From: Leptospirales bacterium
GTDB taxonomy: Bacteria; Spirochaetota; Leptospiria; Turneriellales; JAOUFE01
DNA length: 17,431 bases
Reading direction: 5' to 3'
NCBI GenBank assembly: GCA_040326155.1
Contig: JBEQLE010000084.1
Location: 1-17,431, forward strand
Of the stretch, positions 1 to 6,577 are shown in pieces (the stretch's first letter is position 1; each line of letters starts with the position of its first letter). The position numbers and the translations under genes were made by a program. Under the pieces are notes generated by a model. That model was not told the origin of the DNA, did not search any database, and saw only the letters and a list, made by a program, of their open reading frames with translations.

Positions 1-243
1 CTCGTGAAAATGCGGGTGGAAGGTGAAACCGGCGCTGGCATGGTAAAAGCCATCGTTGATGGTGAATTCAGTTTAGTTGACCTTGAGGTTGACGAAACGC
101 TATTGGAACCTGATGACATTAAAGCCCTGCCCCGACTCATCGTAAAAGCCGTTCAAAATGCCCAGAAAAACGCGAAAGCTCAAGTCATGGACAAGGCCAA
201 AGACCTAACCGGAGGAATGGATATTCCCGGTCTGGATTTATGA
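1..243 (+). CDS. ybaB: YbaB/EbfC family nucleoid-associated protein, 5'-partial (frame is open from base 1)
   Basis: Typical motifs EGETGAGMVK...DG...LEVDETLL...LIVKAVQNA and C-terminal LTGGMDIPGL; canonical position directly upstream of recR with ATGA overlap at 240-243. Confidence 0.93.
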   Translation, partial: LVKMRVEGETGAGMVKAIVDGEFSLVDLEVDETLLEPDDIKALPRLIVKAVQNAQKNAKAQVMDKAKDLTGGMDIPGLDL

Positions 244-842
244 ACAAACTTCTAGAACGACTTTCAAATACTATTGCTACCTTTCCCGGTGTTGGAAAAA
301 AGTCTGCCCATCGCATCTCTTTTTTCTTATTAAAACAACCTGAAAACTATATTGAAAACCTGGTTGAATCGATAAATTCCTTCTACCACGAAACCGAATT
401 TTGCCCCAAGTGCTCCATTCCCCGCTCTCGTGAATCTGACTGCGAATACTGCTCTGGTGCCCGAGAACAATCCACCCTCTGCATTGTCGAGCAACCCTCA
501 GACGCACTGGTTATTGAAGCCTCCGGAGACTACACCGGTCTGTATCACGTTTTAATGGGTTGTTTGTCCCCCCTCGAAGGTATCGGCCCGGATGAAATTC
601 GCATTAAAGAATTGCTCGATCGGGTAAGTACAAATGCCGAAGTAAAAGAAATTATCGTTGCCACGAACCCCAGCATCGAAGGAAACGCAACAGCGAACTT
701 TATCGCAGAACACTTCTCATCAAACAAAAACATCAAAGTCACCCGCATTGCTTCAGGCCTCGCCCTCGGTTCCCAGATTGAATATGCCGACTCTAAAACT
801 GTCTCCCAATCTATACATGCCCGAACCCTGATAGAATTATAA
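240..842 (+). CDS. recR: Recombination mediator protein RecR
   Basis: HhH FPGVGKKSAHRI, C4 zinc finger CPKC...CEYC, Toprim motifs LCIVE, YHVLMGCLSPLEGIGP, IIVATNPSIEGNATA, VTRIASGLALGSQIEYAD. Confidence 0.98.
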   Translation: MNKLLERLSNTIATFPGVGKKSAHRISFFLLKQPENYIENLVESINSFYHETEFCPKCSIPRSRESDCEYCSGAREQSTLCIVEQPSDALVIEASGDYTGLYHVLMGCLSPLEGIGPDEIRIKELLDRVSTNAEVKEIIVATNPSIEGNATANFIAEHFSSNKNIKVTRIASGLALGSQIEYADSKTVSQSIHARTLIEL

Positions 843-1045
843 TAAAATTATACAGGCGGAGAAAAAAAGTAAATTCTTCATCCCGATTCTCCATTTTCCC
901 CCCGCTACGATTTTTTGTTTATTTTGTAAAAATAAACAAAAAATTCTACGCTTCCCCTTTTATATTATCAGAGGTCGAGAGAGGTTTTTTTTGTGTGAAT
1001 TTCAAGCGTAAGTCTGCATGTTGCGTTGGGTGCAAGAAATATTTG

Positions 1046-1060
1046 TTTGACTATCATTAA
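1046..1060 (+). pseudogene. Last codons (F-D-Y-H-stop) of a deleted HigB/RelE-family toxin
   Basis: gac tat cat taa at 1049-1060 matches the characteristic ...DYH* end of HigB-type toxins. It lies 11 bp before the higA ATG with an AGAAGG RBS-like spacer. No upstream toxin body is present. Confidence 0.55.
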
Positions 1061-1071
1061 AGAAGGGTTTT

Positions 1072-1367
1072 ATGAAAATAATTAGAAATATTATCCTGGT
1101 GAAATTCTACGAGAAGAATTTTTAGTACCTATGAATCTAACTGCATATAAACTTGCAAAAGAAACACACATTCAAGCGACAAGGATATCGCAGATCATTC
1201 ATGAAAAACGATCCATTTCACCAGATACAGCTTTACGACTATCCAAATTTTTTGGTAATTCTGCTGAGTTTTGGCTGGGATTACAAATTGAGTTCGACCT
1301 TAGAAATAAAAAATTTGAAATTGAAAAAGACTTGTTAAGTATAAAACAATACTCATCTGCCATTTAA
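1072..1367 (+). pseudogene. higA: HigA-family (Xre HTH) antitoxin, 1-bp deletion near the 5' end
   Basis: ATG at 1072 reads MKIIRNI, then two bases (at, 1093-1094), then another frame reads PGEILREEFLVPMNLTAYKLAKE...RSISPDTALRLSKFFGNSAEFWLGLQ. Restoring one base (cat) gives the hallmark NIHPGEIL. The main frame has TAG at 1083-1085, so the ORF track shows only 1131..1367. Confidence 0.88.
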
Positions 1368-1369
1368 TA

Positions 1370-1444
1370 TCGCAAAGACCATAAGCTATCAATGGCTGGT
1401 TTCGGTAGCCCCAAAATGTCAGATAAACTCGGAACATTAGGCGA
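1370..1444 (+). repeat. Degenerate attC-like cassette-boundary element after higA
   Basis: Bounded by TCGC (1370-1373) and GCGA (1441-1444); internal GGCT/AGCC palindrome; ends in aacATTAGGCga, one mismatch from GTTRRRY; shares caaaa..TCAGATAA-N6-AAC with the minus-strand copy at ~3028-3057. Confidence 0.35.
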
Positions 1445-1494
1445 AAGACAATCGGTATATATAGTCCCACACATCCATGTGTAGCTAATGGGCT

Positions 1495-1884
1495 TTAATC
1501 AAAAAGCATCATCCTTTCAATAGAATGGAAATCTGCAATTAAACCAAATATACCTTTCAATTGAGTTGGCAACTCAGTAATTTGAATTAAATTTTTCTTA
1601 TAAGCATATCTTTCTAGCTCGATAGCATTGTCAAATAAACTACTGGAATTTGTATTTTTTGAAAAATATTCGGCTAAGATTTCCGATTTTATTGTATTCG
1701 ACAATTCAAATAAAATTTCTTCTATGTTAGAGTCCTTTTTGGCAAATACAGGATCTATTGCTAGAACATATCCACTCCATGGAACGAAAGTGTTTTTTTG
1801 AGTGAATACTATTAAATGTTTTTGTTATGACTTTTTAACATTTTCAAATTCCCATGTTTCCAGAAAGAAAAATAATATTTGCCA
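1495..1884 (-). pseudogene. 3' fragment of an unknown gene, interrupted by one in-frame stop
   Basis: The frame of the listed ORF 1495..1704 stays open upstream to 1824 (QKHLIVFTQKNTFVPWSGYVLAIDPVFAKKDSNIEEILFELSNT...), has TAA at 1827-1825, and is open again to 1884 (WQILFFFLETWEFENVKKS). Protein-like composition but no convincing start/RBS. Confidence 0.5.
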
Positions 1885-1912
1885 TTACATACAAGACATG
1901 TATATTGTATAC
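1879..1912 (+). promoter_or_regulatory. Sigma70-type promoter with overlapping inverted-repeat operator for the RHH/PIN operon
   Basis: TTGCCA (1879-1884)-N16-TATATT (1901-1906), 6 nt before GTG 1913. Inverted repeats ATACAA (1889-1894)/TTGTAT (1905-1910) and TACAT (1886-1890)/ATGTA (1898-1902). Confidence 0.55.
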
Positions 1913-2164
1913 GTGTCTACGAATACTGTGAATATTTCCTTTGATGAGAACTTGCTGAAAGAGATCGATGAAGTGGCAAAGAGTGAATTTCGTTCACGCT
2001 CAGAATTACTTAGAGAAGCAGCACGTTTATATATCGAACGTAAGGAAAAATGGAAAAATATATTCTCGTCATTTGACAAAATTACTGAGAATAGCAAACT
2101 AACTGAAAAAGATGTTCTGAATGAGATCAAAGAGTATCGAAAAAGTAAATCTCGTAAAAACTAA
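1913..2164 (+). CDS. Ribbon-helix-helix (CopG/NikR-like) antitoxin; start most likely GTG 1913 (alternative ATG 1898), not 1802
   Basis: TVNISFDENLLKEIDEVAKSEFRSRSELLREAARLYI is a classic RHH pattern; TAATG stop/start overlap with the PIN gene. Confidence 0.9.
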   Translation: MSTNTVNISFDENLLKEIDEVAKSEFRSRSELLREAARLYIERKEKWKNIFSSFDKITENSKLTEKDVLNEIKEYRKSKSRKN

Positions 2165-2485
2165 TGCGAGTTGTCTTCTATACTAATATTATCATATCGG
2201 GATTATTATTTTCTGGAAAACAAAGAATTCTGCTCAGACATGTAATTGAGCACGCTTTTGAGTTAATCATCAGTCACCCAATTATTGAAGAAATTAATGA
2301 TGTAATAGGCCGAGATAAATTTAAAGTCCATAGGGAATTATCTGTAATAACTGTGGCTGAATTAATTGAATTGGCTAAACTCGTTTTCCCTACAACAAAA
2401 GTGAATATAGTCAAAACTGATCCTGATGATAATATGATCATTGAATGCGCTATAGAGGGAAAGGCACAATACATTATCACTGGAG
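2164..2485 (+). pseudogene. PIN-domain (PIN_3/VapC-like) toxin, first catalytic Asp replaced and C-terminus truncated; ORF runs on to 2589 through foreign DNA
   Basis: MRVVF[Y]TNIIISGL (family: MRVVLDTN), DPDDNMIIECAIEGKAQYIITG. The expected TGD.DLL...I.I.TP tail is replaced by unrelated sequence after base 2485. Confidence 0.85.
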
Positions 2486-2640
2486 GTTCCGATCACAGAC
2501 TCCATGTTTTAGTTGCAAATACTGGTCACGGATTAGATTCTGGTTGCGACGGTGACCAGGAGCAGTCGGCAGGTTGTTTAAATTTTTGAGCCTTAGAGCT
2601 CCCCCTACCAATCAAAGGCAATCTAACTCAAACCTGCCGG
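2486..2640 (+). mobile_element. Structured non-coding insert; putative orphan IS110-family left end (bridge-RNA-like)
   Basis: Starts at the PIN breakpoint and is GC-richer than its flanks. Perfect stems CTGGTCAC 2522-2529/GTGACCAG 2552-2559 and CGGCAGGTT 2567-2575/AACCTGCCG 2631-2639, the latter enclosing inner hairpin GAGC-cttaga-GCTC (2588-2601). The IS110 assignment is recalled resemblance only. Confidence 0.45.
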
Positions 2641-2653
2641 AAATTATTATTCC

Positions 2654-2943
2654 TTATAATACTTGATTTTTATCAATCAATTTCCCGGAAACAAATTTGT
2701 GAATTAAACTGGAAATGAGAGTTTGGTATGGTATGCCTTCTTCTACTGCGATATTCTGAATGGACTCCAAATCCTTCTCATTGATCCTTATGTTTATTAT
2801 TTTATTTTTTTTAATGTATTTTTCGCATAACTTGAATACTCCTTGATTTTATTATCCAAATTATTAACTGATTCCCACTCCCCCTCATCAAAAGATTGTA
2901 AAATCTCTTTTTCATCTTTAGAAAGTTTAGATTTCGTTGCCAT
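2654..2943 (-). pseudogene. CopG-like/BrnA-like antitoxin, frameshifted in an A8 tract (absent from the ORF track)
   Basis: ATG 2943: MATKSKLSKDEKEILQSFDEGEWESVNNLDNKIKEYSSYAKNTLKK; shift at the T8 run 2805-2812 (plus strand); then NKIINIRINEKDLESIQNIAVEEGIPYQTLISSLIHKFVSGKLIDKNQVL* (stop 2656-2654). INIR...GIPYQTLI is the CopG-antitoxin signature. Confidence 0.88.
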
Positions 2944-3022
2944 TATTTTCATCCTTTAAATAATTTTTAGTTGCTTTTCTGTTCGGTATAATTTTTTTTA
3001 AAAATATTTCATCTGCATTATT
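2927..3022 (-). pseudogene. C-terminal remnant of the cognate BrnT-like toxin
   Basis: NNADEIFLKKIIPNRKATKNYLKDENNGNEI* resembles the IFLKTIIPSRKATK.Y end of toxins paired with such antitoxins. It overlaps the antitoxin start; an in-frame TAA lies just upstream (3043-3041). Confidence 0.75.
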
Positions 3023-3027
3023 TTTAT

Positions 3028-3100
3028 CATCGTTTTGAAGTTATCTGAAGTTTTTGAAAGCCAACAGACCTGGCTACGCATAAAGCTACCGGCAGAATCA
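3028..3100 (-). repeat. Second degenerate attC-like half-site
   Basis: Minus strand caaaaactTCAGATAActtcaaAACgatg parallels plus-strand 1412-1440; preceded by GC-rich imperfect palindromic sequence at 3061-3095. Confidence 0.3.
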
Positions 3101-3144
3101 TAATCAATGTGGCAACCTCTCCTTAAACTGTATATGTATAATAC

Positions 3145-3169
3145 AAAAAGAGCGGCGCAAAGGCCGCTC
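3145..3169 (-). terminator. Rho-independent terminator of the ECF/anti-sigma operon
   Basis: 7-bp GC stem GAGCGGC (3150-3156)/GCCGCTC (3163-3169), 6-nt loop, followed on the minus strand by U5 (A5 at 3145-3149); 26 bp after the stop at 3196. Confidence 0.85.
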
Positions 3170-3195
3170 AAAAAATCAATTTCTACTCTCTGTTT

Positions 3196-4494
3196 TTATA
3201 TGTTATCGTTGTGTCTACTGTCTCTATATTTTTTCCAAAATCGGTATAGAAAAAACAGTAACAAACCTACAGGAGCCAGGTAAAGTAACACATTCGAAAG
3301 AGCCAAAAAGAAGTTAGCCATTGCGATCAGAGTTTCTTTATACAGGGGAAGTTTCACTGCGGGTCCTTCCTGCGGTGGGTACAATGTAACCTGTACACGA
3401 GCCCATGTAATCTTGTCTTTAATTTTCCATTTTTCCTGCTCGGCTTTGTCTAAATTATCTTCACTATGGGCTAGAGCATTTTCACGTTCCTGCCAGTTCT
3501 TTCTTGCCGGAGTCCCCTGAAGGGCTTTTTTCCGTCGAAATGAGCGAATATTCTCTCGCTGAATACGTCTTTTTTGCCATTCATTATTCTCGGTATGGTC
3601 AATGGCATTAATTTCCTCATAGGTTAATCGACCAAGGTTTTCCACTTTCAATAAAAACTCATTCAACTGAGAGCTTCGAACATACAAGACAGTCTGCATA
3701 TAACTTGTACTTTCTTCTGACGCCGTACTTTCGCTTATATAGCCATATTCATTTGCCATACGAAACAAATCGTGCCGGGCTTTTACAAAATTATCTACTT
3801 CAAAAGTCAATTGAACCTGATACTCCAGCAAACGCTCACCGTATTCCGGATTTTTCGGGTCAAAGTATATTTGCCCCAGATCTTTTTCACCCGACTTCCT
3901 ATACAACGGTTTATCCGAGTATTCCGATTTCTCCGCTTTCATTTTACCGCTGGATGTATCATCATCTTTATTCGGACCCCGGCTTTGCACTTCACCACCA
4001 ATTGGCAACTCTCGTTCATCAAATTCGCCATACTCTTCTAAAGTGGTTGCTTCTATTGGCGACGCAGGCGATTCCATAGGAGACTCCATATTCTTAGTCT
4101 GAAACCATGCATCGTTGTTTTTAAGAAACGACTGCCCGGTCAAAGAGAGGGCAACCAGAACCACAACCGAAAACGATCCAATAACCGCAGGGCGAAGGTA
4201 AAACGGTTTCGCAACAGATTCTTTACTGCGAGAAGTTTCAGACTGGTCGGCTTTGGCCTGAATCAAAGGCATCATTTTTTGCGCGCTGAATTTCTTCAGA
4301 AAACTTTTCGACTCTTTTTCTTTTTGAACTTTCAAATCCTGAATCCGAGCAGACAATTCAAGATCATCGGCAGCAAGTTTTGTAATTTCCTTGTGTCGAC
4401 GGGCGGGAAGGTCTCCCAGAATAAAACGCTCCAGGGTTCTATCGGTAATTTTCTTTTCAGATTTCGCTTTATCGTTTAATTTAATTTTCTTCAT
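3196..4494 (-). CDS. Putative membrane anti-sigma factor with C-terminal DUF4349-like domain
   Basis: N-terminal anti-sigma-like LERFILGDLP helix bundle; TM around aa 103-121; DUF4349-like ERLLEYQVQLTFEV...GYISES...VRSSQLNEFL...D.T...coiled coil...ITWARVQVTL; C-terminal TM with basic tail; overlaps the ECF sigma stop by 14 bp. Confidence 0.75.
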   Translation of the reverse strand: MKKIKLNDKAKSEKKITDRTLERFILGDLPARRHKEITKLAADDLELSARIQDLKVQKEKESKSFLKKFSAQKMMPLIQAKADQSETSRSKESVAKPFYLRPAVIGSFSVVVLVALSLTGQSFLKNNDAWFQTKNMESPMESPASPIEATTLEEYGEFDERELPIGGEVQSRGPNKDDDTSSGKMKAEKSEYSDKPLYRKSGEKDLGQIYFDPKNPEYGERLLEYQVQLTFEVDNFVKARHDLFRMANEYGYISESTASEESTSYMQTVLYVRSSQLNEFLLKVENLGRLTYEEINAIDHTENNEWQKRRIQRENIRSFRRKKALQGTPARKNWQERENALAHSEDNLDKAEQEKWKIKDKITWARVQVTLYPPQEGPAVKLPLYKETLIAMANFFLALSNVLLYLAPVGLLLFFLYRFWKKYRDSRHNDNI

Positions 4495-4963
4495 ATTCTA
4501 ACTCCATTTTCTGATACTTGTCTTTGATATTGCGAAGCCTCTTCTTAATGCCCGAAATCGACATATCCATTTCGTCTGCAATATCACGCAGACTCATTTT
4601 GTCGATGTAGCGCATAAAAGCGATTACCCTGGTTGTTTTTTTTTCTCCCTGAAACAAGGAGTGGAGTTTATCTTTTAAAAGAAGGTTTTTCTCGAGGTCT
4701 TCACTCGATGCAATGTTATACACAACGGAGTCCACATCCATAGACAGATGATTTTTCTGTTTTCGAATGAGGTTCAGGCAGACATGGGTTGCGGTGCGAT
4801 ATAAATACGTCGAAGGGTGACGAATTTTCTCAGCAATAGTCATCAATTTCGCAAAGACATCCTGCATTGCATCCGTCGCTTCGTCTTCGTTTTTTAACAC
4901 TTCAAGGCACCGGTGGTACACCATGGGACCATACTTTTTGTAATACTCTTCTATGTTTTGCAT
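4481..4963 (-). CDS. ECF (sigma-70 group 4) RNA polymerase sigma factor
   Basis: Region 2 YKKYGPMVYHRC...DEATDAMQDVFAKL...TYLYRTATHVCLNLIRK; region 4 MSLRDIADEMDMSISGIKKRL; 160 aa. Confidence 0.95.
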   Translation of the reverse strand: MQNIEEYYKKYGPMVYHRCLEVLKNEDEATDAMQDVFAKLMTIAEKIRHPSTYLYRTATHVCLNLIRKQKNHLSMDVDSVVYNIASSEDLEKNLLLKDKLHSLFQGEKKTTRVIAFMRYIDKMSLRDIADEMDMSISGIKKRLRNIKDKYQKMELEYEEN

Positions 4964-5069
4964 CTTTTCTCAACTTTTCAGTGTATTTGAAGAATACTTT
5001 TATTCTCCATATTATATAGACACAATAACGACCCCAAAGAGCTACTTTCCAATCAAAAAAAATCAAAAT

Positions 5070-5342
5070 ATGGCAGATGAAGATACAAGACTGGATGCGG
5101 TAAAGGTAGAAGATAATACATTCTATTATATATATACTCTGGTTCATGTTTCCCCCGGAGAGTTCAGTGCCAAACAACTAAATGAACTGCTTAGACCTCT
5201 TGTATTACGACAAAGTTACAACATGCGAAATTTGAAATCTTTAGTACAAGCGGGAGCGACGATTGCCTTTACATACAAAGATAAAAATGAAGATGAAATT
5301 TACACAATATTTATAAATAAAAATGATTGTAAAAAGCTGTAA
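5070..5342 (+). CDS. Small protein resembling the PA3611/QSregVF-like family, possibly 5'-truncated (ORF-track start 4953 overlaps the divergent sigma gene)
   Basis: M.DEDTRLD.V...YIYTL...L...G.T..FTYKDKN...I.I...DC pattern recalled from that family; the 39 upstream codons look non-coding. Confidence 0.5.
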   Translation: MADEDTRLDAVKVEDNTFYYIYTLVHVSPGEFSAKQLNELLRPLVLRQSYNMRNLKSLVQAGATIAFTYKDKNEDEIYTIFINKNDCKKL

Positions 5343-5357
5343 ACAAGTCGCTCGTTT

Positions 5358-6569
5358 TCAAGAGTTGAGGTGCTCAGGTAGAAAAGTTCGTAACTTGTTT
5401 TCATCGAAACCAATACTATTTCCAACCCGGTATCCCTTTAAAGTGAAAAAGTCATCGTCGTTATCACGTATTGCATACGACGCAGAAAAACCGGTACCGT
5501 GTTCTTCCCAGGGTGGGGAGTGTTCTGAAACGTAAGCCAGTAAAGCTTTTTCATATTGTGATTGGAATACTTTCTCACAAAAAAATGGTCCCGCTTCTAG
5601 TAGAACCTGTAAGGAACCATTTTTCAATATGGCCTGTAAAATCGGGTCAAGATTTTCATACGACGGTACAACGTCACAACACTGCTCGGGCAGCAAAGTC
5701 GCTTGTTCTGTGTCGGTAGTAAAAAAGTAAAACTCATCGCCAAGGTCTGTCTGTTTTTCAAAAAATTCCAAAGCCCGTTTTTGCGTCCATTTGGCTGACA
5801 GTGGCGGCAGCATAAAATAACGGATGGGAGCTTTTACATCATATCTTGTTGGTCGGGGTTTCTCAAAGGATAAAAGCATCTTTTCAAAAAAACTCTCTGC
5901 TAGCAAAGAAGAAGTCAGTGGCAATTTACCAAAACGGGCGGTAAGAGAGGGGTCGTCCGTAACAATGGTTCCCGGAGTTACCAGTGTAGCATGAAACAGT
6001 TTGCGTAGTCGAAATACAGACTCTTTGGAATGCGCATTACTAATCGAACCACTTGAACCAGTTGTAGGTGCAATATTTCCTTCCTTTGTCTGGGCCCATT
6101 TCATTACAACTCTTGGTAATTTATTTTGTTCGGCATTTTCAAAACTGCCCAGAGTCCAATATATTTCATCTTTGTATTTAGACCCATCGACCACGACAGT
6201 TTCAACGCCATTTTGCTCTAAATACGATATACCATCCACTTTTGAACTTATATCTTTACGTCCGATAATTACTTTAGAAATTTTATTTTTTACGATAGCT
6301 TCGGTACAAGGGGGGGTTCGACCATGATGACTGCACGGTTCGAGTGTTACATAAAGGTGGGAACCTGCAATTTTTTCCGGGGTAAATCGTCGTTTCGCAT
6401 CTTCAATGGCCTCAACCTCAGCGTGCGCTGCGCCGGCACATTGTGTAAAACCCCGTCCTATAATTTCATTTGTTTCAACATCGACTAAAATAGCCCCAAC
6501 AGGAGGGTTCGGATCAGAATTGCCAATAGCCCAGATAGCTTCGCTAAAGGCTTCTCGCATGTAATCCAT
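5358..6569 (-). CDS. ribD: Riboflavin biosynthesis deaminase/reductase RibD
   Basis: PNPPVGA, HAE and YVTLEPCSHHGRTPPC deaminase motifs; reductase-like KWAQTKEGNIA, RLR...GTIVTDDPSLTAR, VLLEAGP. Confidence 0.93.
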   Translation of the reverse strand: MDYMREAFSEAIWAIGNSDPNPPVGAILVDVETNEIIGRGFTQCAGAAHAEVEAIEDAKRRFTPEKIAGSHLYVTLEPCSHHGRTPPCTEAIVKNKISKVIIGRKDISSKVDGISYLEQNGVETVVVDGSKYKDEIYWTLGSFENAEQNKLPRVVMKWAQTKEGNIAPTTGSSGSISNAHSKESVFRLRKLFHATLVTPGTIVTDDPSLTARFGKLPLTSSLLAESFFEKMLLSFEKPRPTRYDVKAPIRYFMLPPLSAKWTQKRALEFFEKQTDLGDEFYFFTTDTEQATLLPEQCCDVVPSYENLDPILQAILKNGSLQVLLEAGPFFCEKVFQSQYEKALLAYVSEHSPPWEEHGTGFSASYAIRDNDDDFFTLKGYRVGNSIGFDENKLRTFLPEHLNS

Positions 6570-6577
6570 CAGAAAAA

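Noticed and set aside
855..920. Terminator after recR
   Set aside because: Only weak, long-loop pairing (gcggagaaaa/ttttcc..ccgc); not a convincing intrinsic terminator.
1802..1912. N-terminal 37 codons of the 120-aa RHH ORF
   Set aside because: Overlaps the promoter/operator and the opposite-strand gene fragment; the RHH fold begins at STNTVNISF.
2760..2768. ATGGACTCC as an IS1111-type subterminal inverted repeat
   Set aside because: It lies inside the antitoxin coding sequence (LESI on the minus strand) and is explained by it.
3128..3146. LexA/SOS box (ctgtatatgtataatacaa)
   Set aside because: Does not fit CTGT-N8-ACAG spacing. It could be a leftover TA operator, but that is unsupported.
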